Shown piece by piece: positions 27,467-35,484 of a stretch of DNA of 61,994 nucleotides (the first letter of the stretch is position 1; each line of letters starts with the position of its first letter). A program made the position numbers and the translations under genes. Location: positions 1 to 61,994 of the IMG/VR virus record IMGVR_UViG_3300016476_000949. One strand, written 5' to 3'. The DNA comes from a virus. Taxonomy: Duplodnaviria > Caudoviricetes. The notes under the pieces are model-generated. The model did not search any database. It saw only the letters and a program-made list of their open reading frames with translations, and was not told where the DNA came from.

Positions 27467-27669
27467 AATGGGGCGCTGTCTATAACTTCTATCTCAGTCG
27501 CGGCCACGACCACGGCTCTGCGGCGTATCAAGCAGACCAATGGGAGAAGCGGCAGCGTCACGACCGTTGGAGGCGTTGCCCATCAACCCATTGCGAGCGG
27601 CGACAGGAATGCGCCAGCCCGCATGAATGTTGCGCGTCTATGAAGGCGCTGAAGGAGAAGCAGGGATGA
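27446..27669 (+). repeat. 21-bp perfect direct repeat CTGAAGGAGAAGCAGGGATGA (27446-27466 and 27649-27669)
   Basis: Identical copies read directly from the sequence; they bracket exactly one gene. Confidence 0.85.
27463..27669 (+). CDS. small Cys/His-rich protein
   Basis: 68 aa, CPSTHCERRQECASPHECC; RBS lies within the repeat. Confidence 0.6.
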   Translation: MKWGAVYNFYLSRGHDHGSAAYQADQWEKRQRHDRWRRCPSTHCERRQECASPHECCASMKALKEKQG

Positions 27670-27890
27670 CAAACATTACATTTATCGGTGGGCGTGAGCC
27701 TATGCGTGAAGGCGAATATCCCCACTACGCTAAGGTTGGGAGTGACGGTGTGACACGTATCGTAAAGCGCAATGAAAATTGCGGAACATACGGAATAGAG
27801 TGGTTCGACGTTTTCAAAAGTGACTGGCTCGCATCCAGCTACAATGCGCTCGACATAGCTTGCGTAACATACGAGGAGCCGCCGAAATGA
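27666..27890 (+). CDS. hypothetical protein
   Basis: ATGA coupling and RBS. Confidence 0.55.
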   Translation: MTNITFIGGREPMREGEYPHYAKVGSDGVTRIVKRNENCGTYGIEWFDVFKSDWLASSYNALDIACVTYEEPPK

Positions 27891-28156
27891 CCAACACCCC
27901 AGAAACCCCGATGCGCGAGCGGATTGCGCGAATAATGGACAAAACAGCATTCGACCCACCGGACGGTCATTGGAAGCATTTTGAAACACGGAGGAAAGAC
28001 GCATTTGAAATTGCCGACGCCGTTCTAAACGCCATGCGGGAACCGACGAGCGGGATGATGAGAAAGGCAGAGTTTGTAGGTGAGTATCCATGGGACGGTA
28101 AACGCATGGAGCGCATCTGGCGCGCAGCCATCGACGCTGCGAAGGAGGGGAAATGA
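27887..28156 (+). CDS. hypothetical protein (MREPT...AMIDAA-type phage family)
   Basis: MRERIAR...AMREPTSGM...WRAAIDAA. Confidence 0.6.
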   Translation: MTNTPETPMRERIARIMDKTAFDPPDGHWKHFETRRKDAFEIADAVLNAMREPTSGMMRKAEFVGEYPWDGKRMERIWRAAIDAAKEGK

Positions 28157-28392
28157 CCACAGAAATCCCTGACGATGTGGTGGAGAGGGCTTACGCGGCG
28201 TATGACGCTGCCGGAACAGAACACCGCTCCGTGAACGCAGCCATCCGCGCCGCTCTCCGCGTCGCCGTGGAATGGGAGAGGGAGCAATGCGCGAGGGTGG
28301 CGGAACGACCCATATCGACGCCGCTCGGCGTTTACGCGGCGCGTCCCGCGGTCGCCGCCGCCATCCGCAGCCGTAAGGACCGGACAACATAG
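28153..28392 (+). CDS. hypothetical protein
   Basis: Coupled ORF; EREQCARVAE...AAAIRSR. Confidence 0.6.
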   Translation: MTTEIPDDVVERAYAAYDAAGTEHRSVNAAIRAALRVAVEWEREQCARVAERPISTPLGVYAARPAVAAAIRSRKDRTT

Positions 28393-28404
28393 CAGGATAA
28401 TGCA

Positions 28405-28500
28405 ATGAAAATTGAAGAGATTGACGACACATTGAAGGTTGCGATTTTCTATGCCGCCGTCGGCTTTGTGCTTGGCTTCTTGGTCGCCAGCTTTCTATGA
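28405..28500 (+). CDS. 31-aa single-TM peptide
   Basis: MKIEEIDDTLKVAIFYAAVGFVLGFLVASFL; AGGA RBS. Confidence 0.5.
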   Translation: MKIEEIDDTLKVAIFYAAVGFVLGFLVASFL

Positions 28501-28517
28501 TCGCAAGAGTCGGAAAT

Positions 28518-28592
28518 AAAAAACGCCGCCCGGTCTAGAGGAGCCGAGCGGCGAATTTGGCAACAACCGGTAAGGGAGGAAACTTGTTGCGC
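28518..28592 (-). ncRNA. candidate small RNA with two anti-SD hairpin loops
   Basis: Own promoter, hairpin 1 with loop GUUUCCUCCCUU, hairpin 2 (10 bp with a G-U pair that works only on the minus strand) with loop CUCCUCUAGA, then U6. Confidence 0.65.
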
Positions 28593-28597
28593 TAATT

Positions 28598-28626
28598 ACA
28601 ATAAGCGCGACACGACCTCCCGTCAA
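28598..28626 (-). promoter_or_regulatory. sigma70-type promoter of the candidate sRNA
   Basis: TTGACG-N17-TATTGT on the minus strand. Confidence 0.65.
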
Positions 28627-28658
28627 CAGAAGACACATAAAAACGGTGAGGGACAGTA

Positions 28659-30881
28659 ATGATCATCGATTTCGACAACGAATTTGCAGCAGCGGCAGAC
28701 TATGCATGCGTCTATCGCAAGATTGGCTTGCAAGTTGTTCCTTCGCTGTCTCCGAATGAAGCTCCAAAGGCTTGGAAGCGGCCGGCGCTCAGCAACTGGC
28801 GCGAATATCAGAACGAACTGGTCGACGACGCCATGTTCAGTTCTTGGTTCGGAGACGGCGGCGCACATGTATCGCGCACCAATATCGGAATCCTGACGGG
28901 CAAGTGCTCCGGCAATTTGTTCGTCGTCGACCTCGACGAGCACAAGGGCCCGGAGGCGGGCCTCTGGTGGGGCGAGATGCTCGACCGGCAGGAGCGCGCG
29001 GGCGAGATCGAGGAGACCGTCACGCAGATCACCGGCGGCGGCGGCCGGCAGGTGTTCTTCCGGGCGCCGACCGGCTGGACGCCGCCAACCAGCAAGTCTC
29101 CCGTCTACAATGTCGACATCAGGGGTCAGGGCGGGTTTGTCGTCTGCGCGCCGTCGAAGCACATGAGCGGCCGCCATTACGAATGGGTCGAGGGTCTCGC
29201 GCCGTGGGAGGTCGACATTTCCGTCGCCCCGAAGTGGTTTTGCGACGAACTGGACGAGCTGTTCGGCCACGCCAGCGCAGATCCGGCCTCCGGGCCGCGC
29301 GTCAGGACGCCAACACCTGAGGCCCCCGTCGCCCCCTTTGGCGGGATCACCGACGGACGCGAGGACAAGATGTCCCGCATGGTCTGGGCGCGTGTCCTTG
29401 ACATGCACCGGGAGTGCCCCATCGGGCCGCCCAAGGATGCGGAGGTCATCGCCGAGATCGACGACCTCCACCATGAATACGTCAACGCAGTCGCCACTCG
29501 CCTGCCGCATCGCCCCGGCGTCACCAAGGCGCAGCTCTTGGAGGAGGAGGGGCGCGGCTACACCCTCATGACCCAGAAATTTGCCGCCGCCCTGAAGCAG
29601 TGGGACGGCAAGGTCGCGAGGGAGGCGGCCCTCCTGCCCCCAAAGCCCGCAAGGGATGATCCAGCGGCCTTCGCAGGCGCGCTGAGGCCACCTCCAGAGG
29701 CAAGCGAGGAGGCGGTCGTCAACAACCCGGCGACGGCGCCTGTCGACGAGCCGTTCATCAAGGCCAGCGACAAGTTTTTCGAGGTGCTGAGCCTCAAGAA
29801 CCTGATGCAGCTGCCTGACCCAAAATTCATCATCGACGGCGTCATGATCGAGAACGGCCTCACGTTCATTTTCGGCGCGCCCGGGTGCGGCAAGAGCTTC
29901 ATCGCGCAGGGCATGGCGCTGTCCATCGCCGCAGGCCTGCCGCAGTGGTGGGGGCGTGACATCGAGCACGCCGGATCGGTCATCTATCTCGCCTCGGAGG
30001 GCATCGCCGACATGAAGTTCAGGGTCATGGCGTGGTGTCAGGAGACCGGCGTCCCGATGCCCGAGGAGCGGCTCCACATCATCCGGAGCGGTATCAACTT
30101 CACCTCCGTTTCCGACATCAACAAGCTTGCGCAGACGGTCGGGGAATACGCCAGAAAGCTGAGCGAGAACCCGGTCATGGTCGTCGTCGACACCGTCTCC
30201 CGAGTCCTGCCGGGCGTCGACGAGAACCAGCAGAAGGATATGACCATCTTCATCAAGGCCTGCGACTTCCTGCGCGAGACGTTCGGGCTGGCGGTTGTCG
30301 GCGTTCACCATGAGGGGCGCGCCACCGGTCAGATGCGCGGCTCGACCGTCATGCCGGGCGCCGCCGACCAGATCTTCCACGTCAAGCGCGAGAAGGGCTC
30401 CATCGAGGGCGTCTTCATCGCCGAAAAGATCAAGGCCGACGCCGACGGCTGGGAGTGGCCGTTCCTCCTGAAGGAGGCGCAGTTGCCCTTGAGGGGCCTG
30501 AAGCCCTGCAAGAGCCTCTACGCCACTCGCATCACAGACGCCCCTCTGGAGGCCCCCGGAGACGGCTTTGGCGGCCAGCAGGAGACAGGTGGGCAGATGG
30601 TCGGCGGCAAGCGCTGGCCGCACATGGACGTGTGCCGGGACATCGTCCGCGCTATTGGTAAGGCGTGGGCTGACGGCGACCCTTGGTCGATGTCGACGCA
30701 GGCCAAGGGGCGCGGCCGCTACGCCCCCGAGCGCATCTCGAAAGACTTCCCGGTCTCCGTCGAACTGGCCGAGCACATGGTGCGCCGTTGGCTGCTTGAG
30801 GACGTCTTGTCGGACGGCGAAGTGGTCGACACGAAGACCAAAAAACGCGGCCTGAAGGTCAAGAACGGACTTCCCGGATAA
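28659..30881 (+). CDS. bifunctional primase-polymerase fused to an AAA/RecA-type helicase
   Basis: NIGILTG...VVDLD, TGGGGRQVFF, DIRGQGGFVVCAPSKH; Walker A GAPGCGKSF, Walker B VVVDT, HH...MRGS. Confidence 0.9.
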   Translation: MIIDFDNEFAAAADYACVYRKIGLQVVPSLSPNEAPKAWKRPALSNWREYQNELVDDAMFSSWFGDGGAHVSRTNIGILTGKCSGNLFVVDLDEHKGPEAGLWWGEMLDRQERAGEIEETVTQITGGGGRQVFFRAPTGWTPPTSKSPVYNVDIRGQGGFVVCAPSKHMSGRHYEWVEGLAPWEVDISVAPKWFCDELDELFGHASADPASGPRVRTPTPEAPVAPFGGITDGREDKMSRMVWARVLDMHRECPIGPPKDAEVIAEIDDLHHEYVNAVATRLPHRPGVTKAQLLEEEGRGYTLMTQKFAAALKQWDGKVAREAALLPPKPARDDPAAFAGALRPPPEASEEAVVNNPATAPVDEPFIKASDKFFEVLSLKNLMQLPDPKFIIDGVMIENGLTFIFGAPGCGKSFIAQGMALSIAAGLPQWWGRDIEHAGSVIYLASEGIADMKFRVMAWCQETGVPMPEERLHIIRSGINFTSVSDINKLAQTVGEYARKLSENPVMVVVDTVSRVLPGVDENQQKDMTIFIKACDFLRETFGLAVVGVHHEGRATGQMRGSTVMPGAADQIFHVKREKGSIEGVFIAEKIKADADGWEWPFLLKEAQLPLRGLKPCKSLYATRITDAPLEAPGDGFGGQQETGGQMVGGKRWPHMDVCRDIVRAIGKAWADGDPWSMSTQAKGRGRYAPERISKDFPVSVELAEHMVRRWLLEDVLSDGEVVDTKTKKRGLKVKNGLPG

Positions 30882-31257
30882 GACATACGTAGCATGTTTC
30901 GCGCCGAGTCTTCCGCGATTTTGTCGTGCCGCCACGTAACTACATGAAAACACACAAGGTTCGGAACGCGGAGTCGTTGTTTTTCAACGTGTCGGAACCA
31001 ACCTCCGAAACATCAACAAAATCAATGAGAAAACGTTTTCGAATTTTGCGGAATCGACATACAAACCTTCTTTTAGAAGGTGTTGGCTGGCTCGTCTCGC
31101 GCTCGCCGCTTGGCGCGGCTCGGCTCGCTCGCCAGACCGACGGGCCGACGGGAGGCCACAGACGGTCGATCAGCGGGTGCGCGAAAAAGGGGGTTGACGA
31201 GGACGATCAAGATTGACTGGTATACGTAGTTTCCGCAGCCAGAAGGAGGGGGGGTGA
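30882..31257. other. non-coding region, possible replication origin
   Basis: Long gap directly after the primase-helicase; AT-rich core, recurring CGGAA/TTCCG, ACCTTCT-TTT-AGAAGGT inverted repeat (31065-31081). Confidence 0.35.
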
Positions 31258-31923
31258 ATGGCAACGGCAGAGTTTGTTACGATTTCGGGCCGTCGTTTTT
31301 TTTCGGTCGGCGACGCGCGGCCGAAGCTGTATTCGGTCAGAGAGGGGCAGTCTGAGATTTACCGCAACAAGGAGCTTTCGCTGCACGCGTTGCTGGCGGA
31401 TGGGGACTGGGTGGCGTGCCGCCTGTATCTGATTGCGGGCCGCAGGCGGCGGACGTGGCACTTTGGCGTAAACGTCGCCGAGCGTCGCGCGTCGCGTGTG
31501 GAGTGCGCCTACCAGCTGGAGGCGGAGAGCCCGGCGGTCATGCGCTGGGTGATCGCTTTCATCTGCGGCGAGCATCGCGAGGCGCCGGCTTTGGGGTCGA
31601 CCGTCGACGCCGCCTTGTCCTGCGCCGATTACGACAAGGCGATTGACCTGATCGAGGCGTCGAGCGCCGACGGGGTCGGGTGGAGCTTCTGGCCGAACAC
31701 GCGCCGCAAGGGGCGCTACGTGGTCGACAACCTGTGTCAGGCCATGCCGGGGGTGTCGGAGAAGGTCGCCTTTCGGCTTGTTCAGGATCTGGCGATGGCG
31801 GATGTGCTGCGCTCGGAGGTGATCGATTCGCGCATGAAGCGCCTGTGTATCGTGGTCAATCGCGACAAGGTCGCGCCGGCCCGCGAGCGGGGACGCTTGG
31901 GAGGGAACGCCAATGCTGAGTGA
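31258..31923 (+). CDS. hypothetical protein
   Basis: Strong RBS AAGGAGG, 221 aa. Confidence 0.6.
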   Translation: MATAEFVTISGRRFFSVGDARPKLYSVREGQSEIYRNKELSLHALLADGDWVACRLYLIAGRRRRTWHFGVNVAERRASRVECAYQLEAESPAVMRWVIAFICGEHREAPALGSTVDAALSCADYDKAIDLIEASSADGVGWSFWPNTRRKGRYVVDNLCQAMPGVSEKVAFRLVQDLAMADVLRSEVIDSRMKRLCIVVNRDKVAPARERGRLGGNANAE

Positions 31924-32224
31924 GGCGTATGTGTCGTCCATGGCGCGCGGCGAGGTGGAGGCCAACGTGATCGCCGAAATGGACGGATGGCAGTTGCAGT
32001 TCATCTCCCGCACGAAGCGTCGCGGCGTCCAGTTTCGCGTCGTCGATGTTCGGGACCAGCAGCTTCGCCGCGACCCGATGTCGCCGGCGCGCCGCGTCTG
32101 GCGTCTGCGCTACAGCGTCCAGTTCGATTCCGTCGGCGACACGTTCGAGGCGCTTCAGGAGTTTTACCCGGAGGTGGCGCGCTGGGCGGCGAGGAGCCTG
32201 CGGGCTTTTTGCGAGGCGGCGTGA
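31913..32224 (+). CDS. hypothetical protein
   Basis: GGAGG RBS, coupled. Confidence 0.6.
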   Translation: MLSEAYVSSMARGEVEANVIAEMDGWQLQFISRTKRRGVQFRVVDVRDQQLRRDPMSPARRVWRLRYSVQFDSVGDTFEALQEFYPEVARWAARSLRAFCEAA

Positions 32225-32517
32225 TGGCCTACTTTGTCGTCGTCGGCGGCCGGGGGACATGGATCCTGTTCAAGGTCGCCAGCTGCATCGACCCTCCGAA
32301 CAGCCGCTGGGTCAATTTCAGCCTGAAGGATTACCGCAAGGCGAACCGCCTGAAGCAGCTCTACATGCTGAGCTGGCACATCGACGAGCGGCGGATTGCC
32401 GACAGCAGCGAGTGGCGTGATTTGCAAAGGCGTTCCGCCGGCATGGCGGAGTGGTGCAAGAGTGAAATCGAAAGGCACATGGAGACGAACGATGTCGAAT
32501 CGAATGAATTCGCCTGA
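32224..32517 (+). CDS. hypothetical protein
   Basis: TGATG coupling; starts MAYFVVVGG. Confidence 0.6.
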   Translation: MAYFVVVGGRGTWILFKVASCIDPPNSRWVNFSLKDYRKANRLKQLYMLSWHIDERRIADSSEWRDLQRRSAGMAEWCKSEIERHMETNDVESNEFA

Positions 32518-32785
32518 GGCCGGCCGGAGCCCCGTCTGGTCGTATTCGCTGGAGGAGGTCCGCCGGATTGCGCATTCGGCGGTCAGGAAGATCAGCCCCC
32601 GTTATGAGGTTTCGCAGGTCGGCCGCTGCAATCGCACCGACATGGAGGAGCCGTTTTACATCCTGTGGCTGAACGGAACCGGCGTTCTGGACGACGACAT
32701 CGATGACGTTATCCGGGCTCTTGCGGAGGAGGGGTTCTTATCCGGAAGCTTCGTCACGATCCTGAACAACAGGGACGTGCTCTGA
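32492..32785 (+). CDS. hypothetical protein
   Basis: GGAG RBS, coupled to the next gene. Confidence 0.5.
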   Translation: MSNRMNSPEAGRSPVWSYSLEEVRRIAHSAVRKISPRYEVSQVGRCNRTDMEEPFYILWLNGTGVLDDDIDDVIRALAEEGFLSGSFVTILNNRDVL

Positions 32786-33492
32786 TGGCGACGAAGCCGA
32801 AGGGCCGCAAGCCGGCCGCCAGCAAGAGCGTCGCCAATCCGAACGGCGTCAACCTGAAGTGGCAGCTGACGGCGGGCATGGCGCTTGCCGGTCAAGAGGC
32901 CATCGACGACGTCCACATGGTCGCCGTCGAGATGGAGCGTAAATGGGGGCGCGGCCGCCTGCGCCTCCTTGTCGACGCCGACCTGCGGGAGAAGTTCGAC
33001 CGCCAGCGTTATCTGTTCGGGAACGCCATCTGGACGGGGGAGCTTCCCGACGTCCAGCGGGAGGCGAAGCGCATGATGGCGGCGTGGCGGGCGCTCGACC
33101 GCAGGGCGACGGAGGCCGGCCGCCAGACGCTGCCGGCGACGGTGTGGGAGGTGGCGCTCTCCGACGGGACGGTGGCGGTGATCGTGAAAGAGCCGGAGCT
33201 CGCCTATCAGATCGCCGACGGCCGCCGGGCGAACGTCTACACGCTGGAGGAGATTGGCCGCCTGATTGAGGGCTTCCCGATGCTGGCGAAGGTGAAGGAG
33301 GCCTTCCCCGGCGCCGTGGTCGAGCGTGTCGGCGACGAGATCCCCGACCCCCTTGGCGACTTCCGGTTCGACGTCGGCGCTCCGCTGGACGACGTCGATG
33401 GCTTCGAGGACTGGCGCAGCAAGCCGGAATGGCGGTCGCCGCAGCATGCTGGTGTCGAGATGCCTAAGGACGGGGACGACACACCTTTTTAA
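32785..33492 (+). CDS. conserved phage protein
   Basis: MERKWGRGRLRLLVDADLREKFDRQ; acidic DDTPF tail. Confidence 0.65.
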   Translation: MATKPKGRKPAASKSVANPNGVNLKWQLTAGMALAGQEAIDDVHMVAVEMERKWGRGRLRLLVDADLREKFDRQRYLFGNAIWTGELPDVQREAKRMMAAWRALDRRATEAGRQTLPATVWEVALSDGTVAVIVKEPELAYQIADGRRANVYTLEEIGRLIEGFPMLAKVKEAFPGAVVERVGDEIPDPLGDFRFDVGAPLDDVDGFEDWRSKPEWRSPQHAGVEMPKDGDDTPF

Positions 33493-33536
33493 CGGGCCGC
33501 ATTTGGCCCTCCTGTGAGCCAAAGGGAGGTGGTGGC

Positions 33537-33851
33537 ATGGGTGGTAGCGGGGATGGGCAAAAGGCGCGTGACGAGGCTCTGGAGCGCGTTTTACGCCGGG
33601 ACTGGATCTGGCGGGCCCAGATCATGGATTTTATCGAAAACCTGCCGCAGGGATGGGTCGGAACCGGGGAGGATTTGCGGCACGCGGCGCTCGACGCCGG
33701 CCTGCCGCGTCCGCCGCATCATAACGCATGGGGCGCGGCGGTCATGACGGCGGTCAAAAGGGGCTGGCTGCAATGGACCGGAAAGGTGCTGCCCATGCGG
33801 GACAGGAGCAGTCACGGCAGGATCACGCGGCAATACGCCAGATGGGACTGA
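33537..33851 (+). CDS. hypothetical (winged-helix-like) protein
   Basis: TGEDLR...PPHHNAWGA...SHGR pattern; GGAGG RBS. Confidence 0.55.
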   Translation: MGGSGDGQKARDEALERVLRRDWIWRAQIMDFIENLPQGWVGTGEDLRHAALDAGLPRPPHHNAWGAAVMTAVKRGWLQWTGKVLPMRDRSSHGRITRQYARWD

Positions 33852-33879
33852 AAAAGGCGCTCCCCAACAGGAAGCGCCT
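33851..33879 (-). terminator. intrinsic terminator at a convergent junction
   Basis: Minus strand AGGCGCTTCC-loop-GGGAGCGCCT-TTTT. Confidence 0.65.
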
Positions 33880-33908
33880 CCTCAGGATGACCGAAATCGG
33901 CGTTTCGG

Positions 33909-34145
33909 TCAGGCCTCGACCTCCCGATTGTCCTTGATCTCCTCGACGACTTTTTCCAGAAGCCAGTCGAGGTCGAATTTTCCCTCGTCGATGGCCTTGA
34001 ACATGATCGCCTCTGCGCGGGGGATTGCCTGCGCGCCGGAGAGGTAATTCGAGATCTGGCGGGGGGACTTGTCGATCAGGGTCGACAGGTCGTTGTTGGA
34101 GATGTGGTTGCGCACCATGATGTCGCGCAGGATGTCGGCTTTCAT
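33909..34145 (-). CDS. HTH DNA-binding protein
   Basis: SNNDLSTLIDKSPRQISNYLSG...IP. Confidence 0.7.
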   Translation of the reverse strand: MKADILRDIMVRNHISNNDLSTLIDKSPRQISNYLSGAQAIPRAEAIMFKAIDEGKFDLDWLLEKVVEEIKDNREVEA

Positions 34146-34378
34146 CTTTTCAGCTCCGGGATCTTTTTGTTGGCTTCGCCCATCAGCGCGTCGGTTTTCA
34201 GCGCCAGTTCGGCGACCCGGCCCCGGACGATCCAGTCCCGGGCCCAGTTGTAGACGTCCTGCTCGGTCCAGTGGTCGTTGTTGGCGGCCGCCCGGTCTCG
34301 TCCGGTGACGTTGCAGAACAGCGCCCAGAGCACGGGGTTGGCGTCGGAGCAGGGCGAAAGAGACGGGCGGCCGCTCAT
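34142..34378 (-). CDS. hypothetical protein
   Basis: Starts MSGRPSLSP, TGATG coupled. Confidence 0.5.
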   Translation of the reverse strand: MSGRPSLSPCSDANPVLWALFCNVTGRDRAAANNDHWTEQDVYNWARDWIVRGRVAELALKTDALMGEANKKIPELKR

Positions 34379-34689
34379 CACAGCTGCTCCGTGTAGGCGA
34401 CGCGCATGGCCATCTCGATCTCTTCGTCGATCTCTTCGAGGGCGTCCTTGGCGGTCATCAGGTGGTCGATGGACGTGCCGACGATGCGCGGCGCGGCGAG
34501 CGGCTTCTGGTCCGCCGTCTCGCACAGGTCCGCCCAGCGCTCGACGACCTTGGCGCCGCGCGAGACCTGCTCCACCAGCTTGGTGAAGTTCTCCGCCTCC
34601 TGACGGCTGGCGAAGCAGAAGGTGCGGACCATTTCGGTCATCGAACCGAAGGCGGGGATCTCAACGGCGACCTTGAAAAACATCTGCAT
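34378..34689 (-). CDS. hypothetical protein
   Basis: AGGAGA RBS, typical codon bias. Confidence 0.6.
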   Translation of the reverse strand: MQMFFKVAVEIPAFGSMTEMVRTFCFASRQEAENFTKLVEQVSRGAKVVERWADLCETADQKPLAAPRIVGTSIDHLMTAKDALEEIDEEIEMAMRVAYTEQL

Positions 34690-34724
34690 GTCAGTCTCCT
34701 GTGTGCTTGGTCTGTCTAAATCTC

Positions 34725-35018
34725 TCAGATGATGACGCCGGCGTTGCGGGCGGCGACATAGGCGCGAATGGCGCTCGTCGTGACGGCGCGGCCATCCTTC
34801 AGCGCGCCGTTGTAGATCAGCGCCAGCTGGCGCCCGCGCTCGTAGAACCAGCAGTCGACCTTGTGCTGGCGGTCGTAGTCGAAGGGCTTGCCGGCGCGCG
34901 CCTCGGTGAAGCCGGCGACGAAGTCGGATGAGCCCAAGACCCTGCGGATGGTGACGGTCTTGGTGTTCGTCAGCTGCTGGGTCTGGAAGCCGAGCATCGG
35001 GCGGGATTTCTTGGCCAT
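34725..35018 (-). CDS. hypothetical protein
   Basis: ATGGAGAT RBS; YERGRQ motif. Confidence 0.6.
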   Translation of the reverse strand: MAKKSRPMLGFQTQQLTNTKTVTIRRVLGSSDFVAGFTEARAGKPFDYDRQHKVDCWFYERGRQLALIYNGALKDGRAVTTSAIRAYVAARNAGVII

Positions 35019-35046
35019 ACCAAAATCTCCATCGAAAACGTGAAAT

Positions 35047-35072
35047 GGGAAAGGGGAGGCCTGAGCCTCCCC
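35047..35072 (-). terminator. hairpin/terminator
   Basis: Minus strand GGGGAGGC-TCAG-GCCTCCCC followed by TTTCCC. Confidence 0.5.
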
Positions 35073-35075
35073 GGG

Positions 35076-35366
35076 TTACGCGACCGCCCGGATGGAGGCC
35101 TTCACCTTGATGGTGCGAACGTCGACCGTCTTGGTCGAGGCCTCGATCTGCGCCGGCGTCAGAAACGTCTTGGCGGTGGCCGCGTCGAACTGGGCGCGCT
35201 CGAAGATGTTGACGTTGAGGGTGAAGGTCTCGCCGACCAGCTCGGCCATGCCGGTCTCGTCGACCAGCTTCTTGAGGGCGTCCAGCTCCTTGGCGGCGGC
35301 GTCGGCGCGGGCCTTGGCGGCGGCGTAGGCGTCGGCGATCTGGGCGGGGGTCATGGCGTTGGTCAT
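35076..35366 (-). CDS. hypothetical early protein
   Basis: TATGGAGATCGAT RBS and its own promoter. Confidence 0.7.
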   Translation of the reverse strand: MTNAMTPAQIADAYAAAKARADAAAKELDALKKLVDETGMAELVGETFTLNVNIFERAQFDAATAKTFLTPAQIEASTKTVDVRTIKVKASIRAVA

Positions 35367-35410
35367 ATCGATCTCCATAAGGTTGCGGCCGGTCACCGAC
35401 CGTGATTCGT

Positions 35411-35438
35411 ATTATGCAGAAATTTTTTCTGCGGTCAA
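35411..35438 (-). promoter_or_regulatory. early promoter with palindromic operator, copy 1
   Basis: TTGACC-GCAGAAAAAATTTCTG-CATAAT. Confidence 0.8.
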
Positions 35439-35484
35439 TAGGGGTGCGGTCGACGCCCGGCAGTAATTTGCCGGGCGCTGGTTT

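Noticed and set aside
28623-30953. 776-aa minus-strand ORF, and similar long antisense ORFs (12586-14253, 35680-37128, 40204-41748, 43771-44829, 49374-50588)
   Set aside because: They mirror well-supported genes on the opposite strand and have no recognisable motifs; this is the expected shadow of GC-rich codon bias
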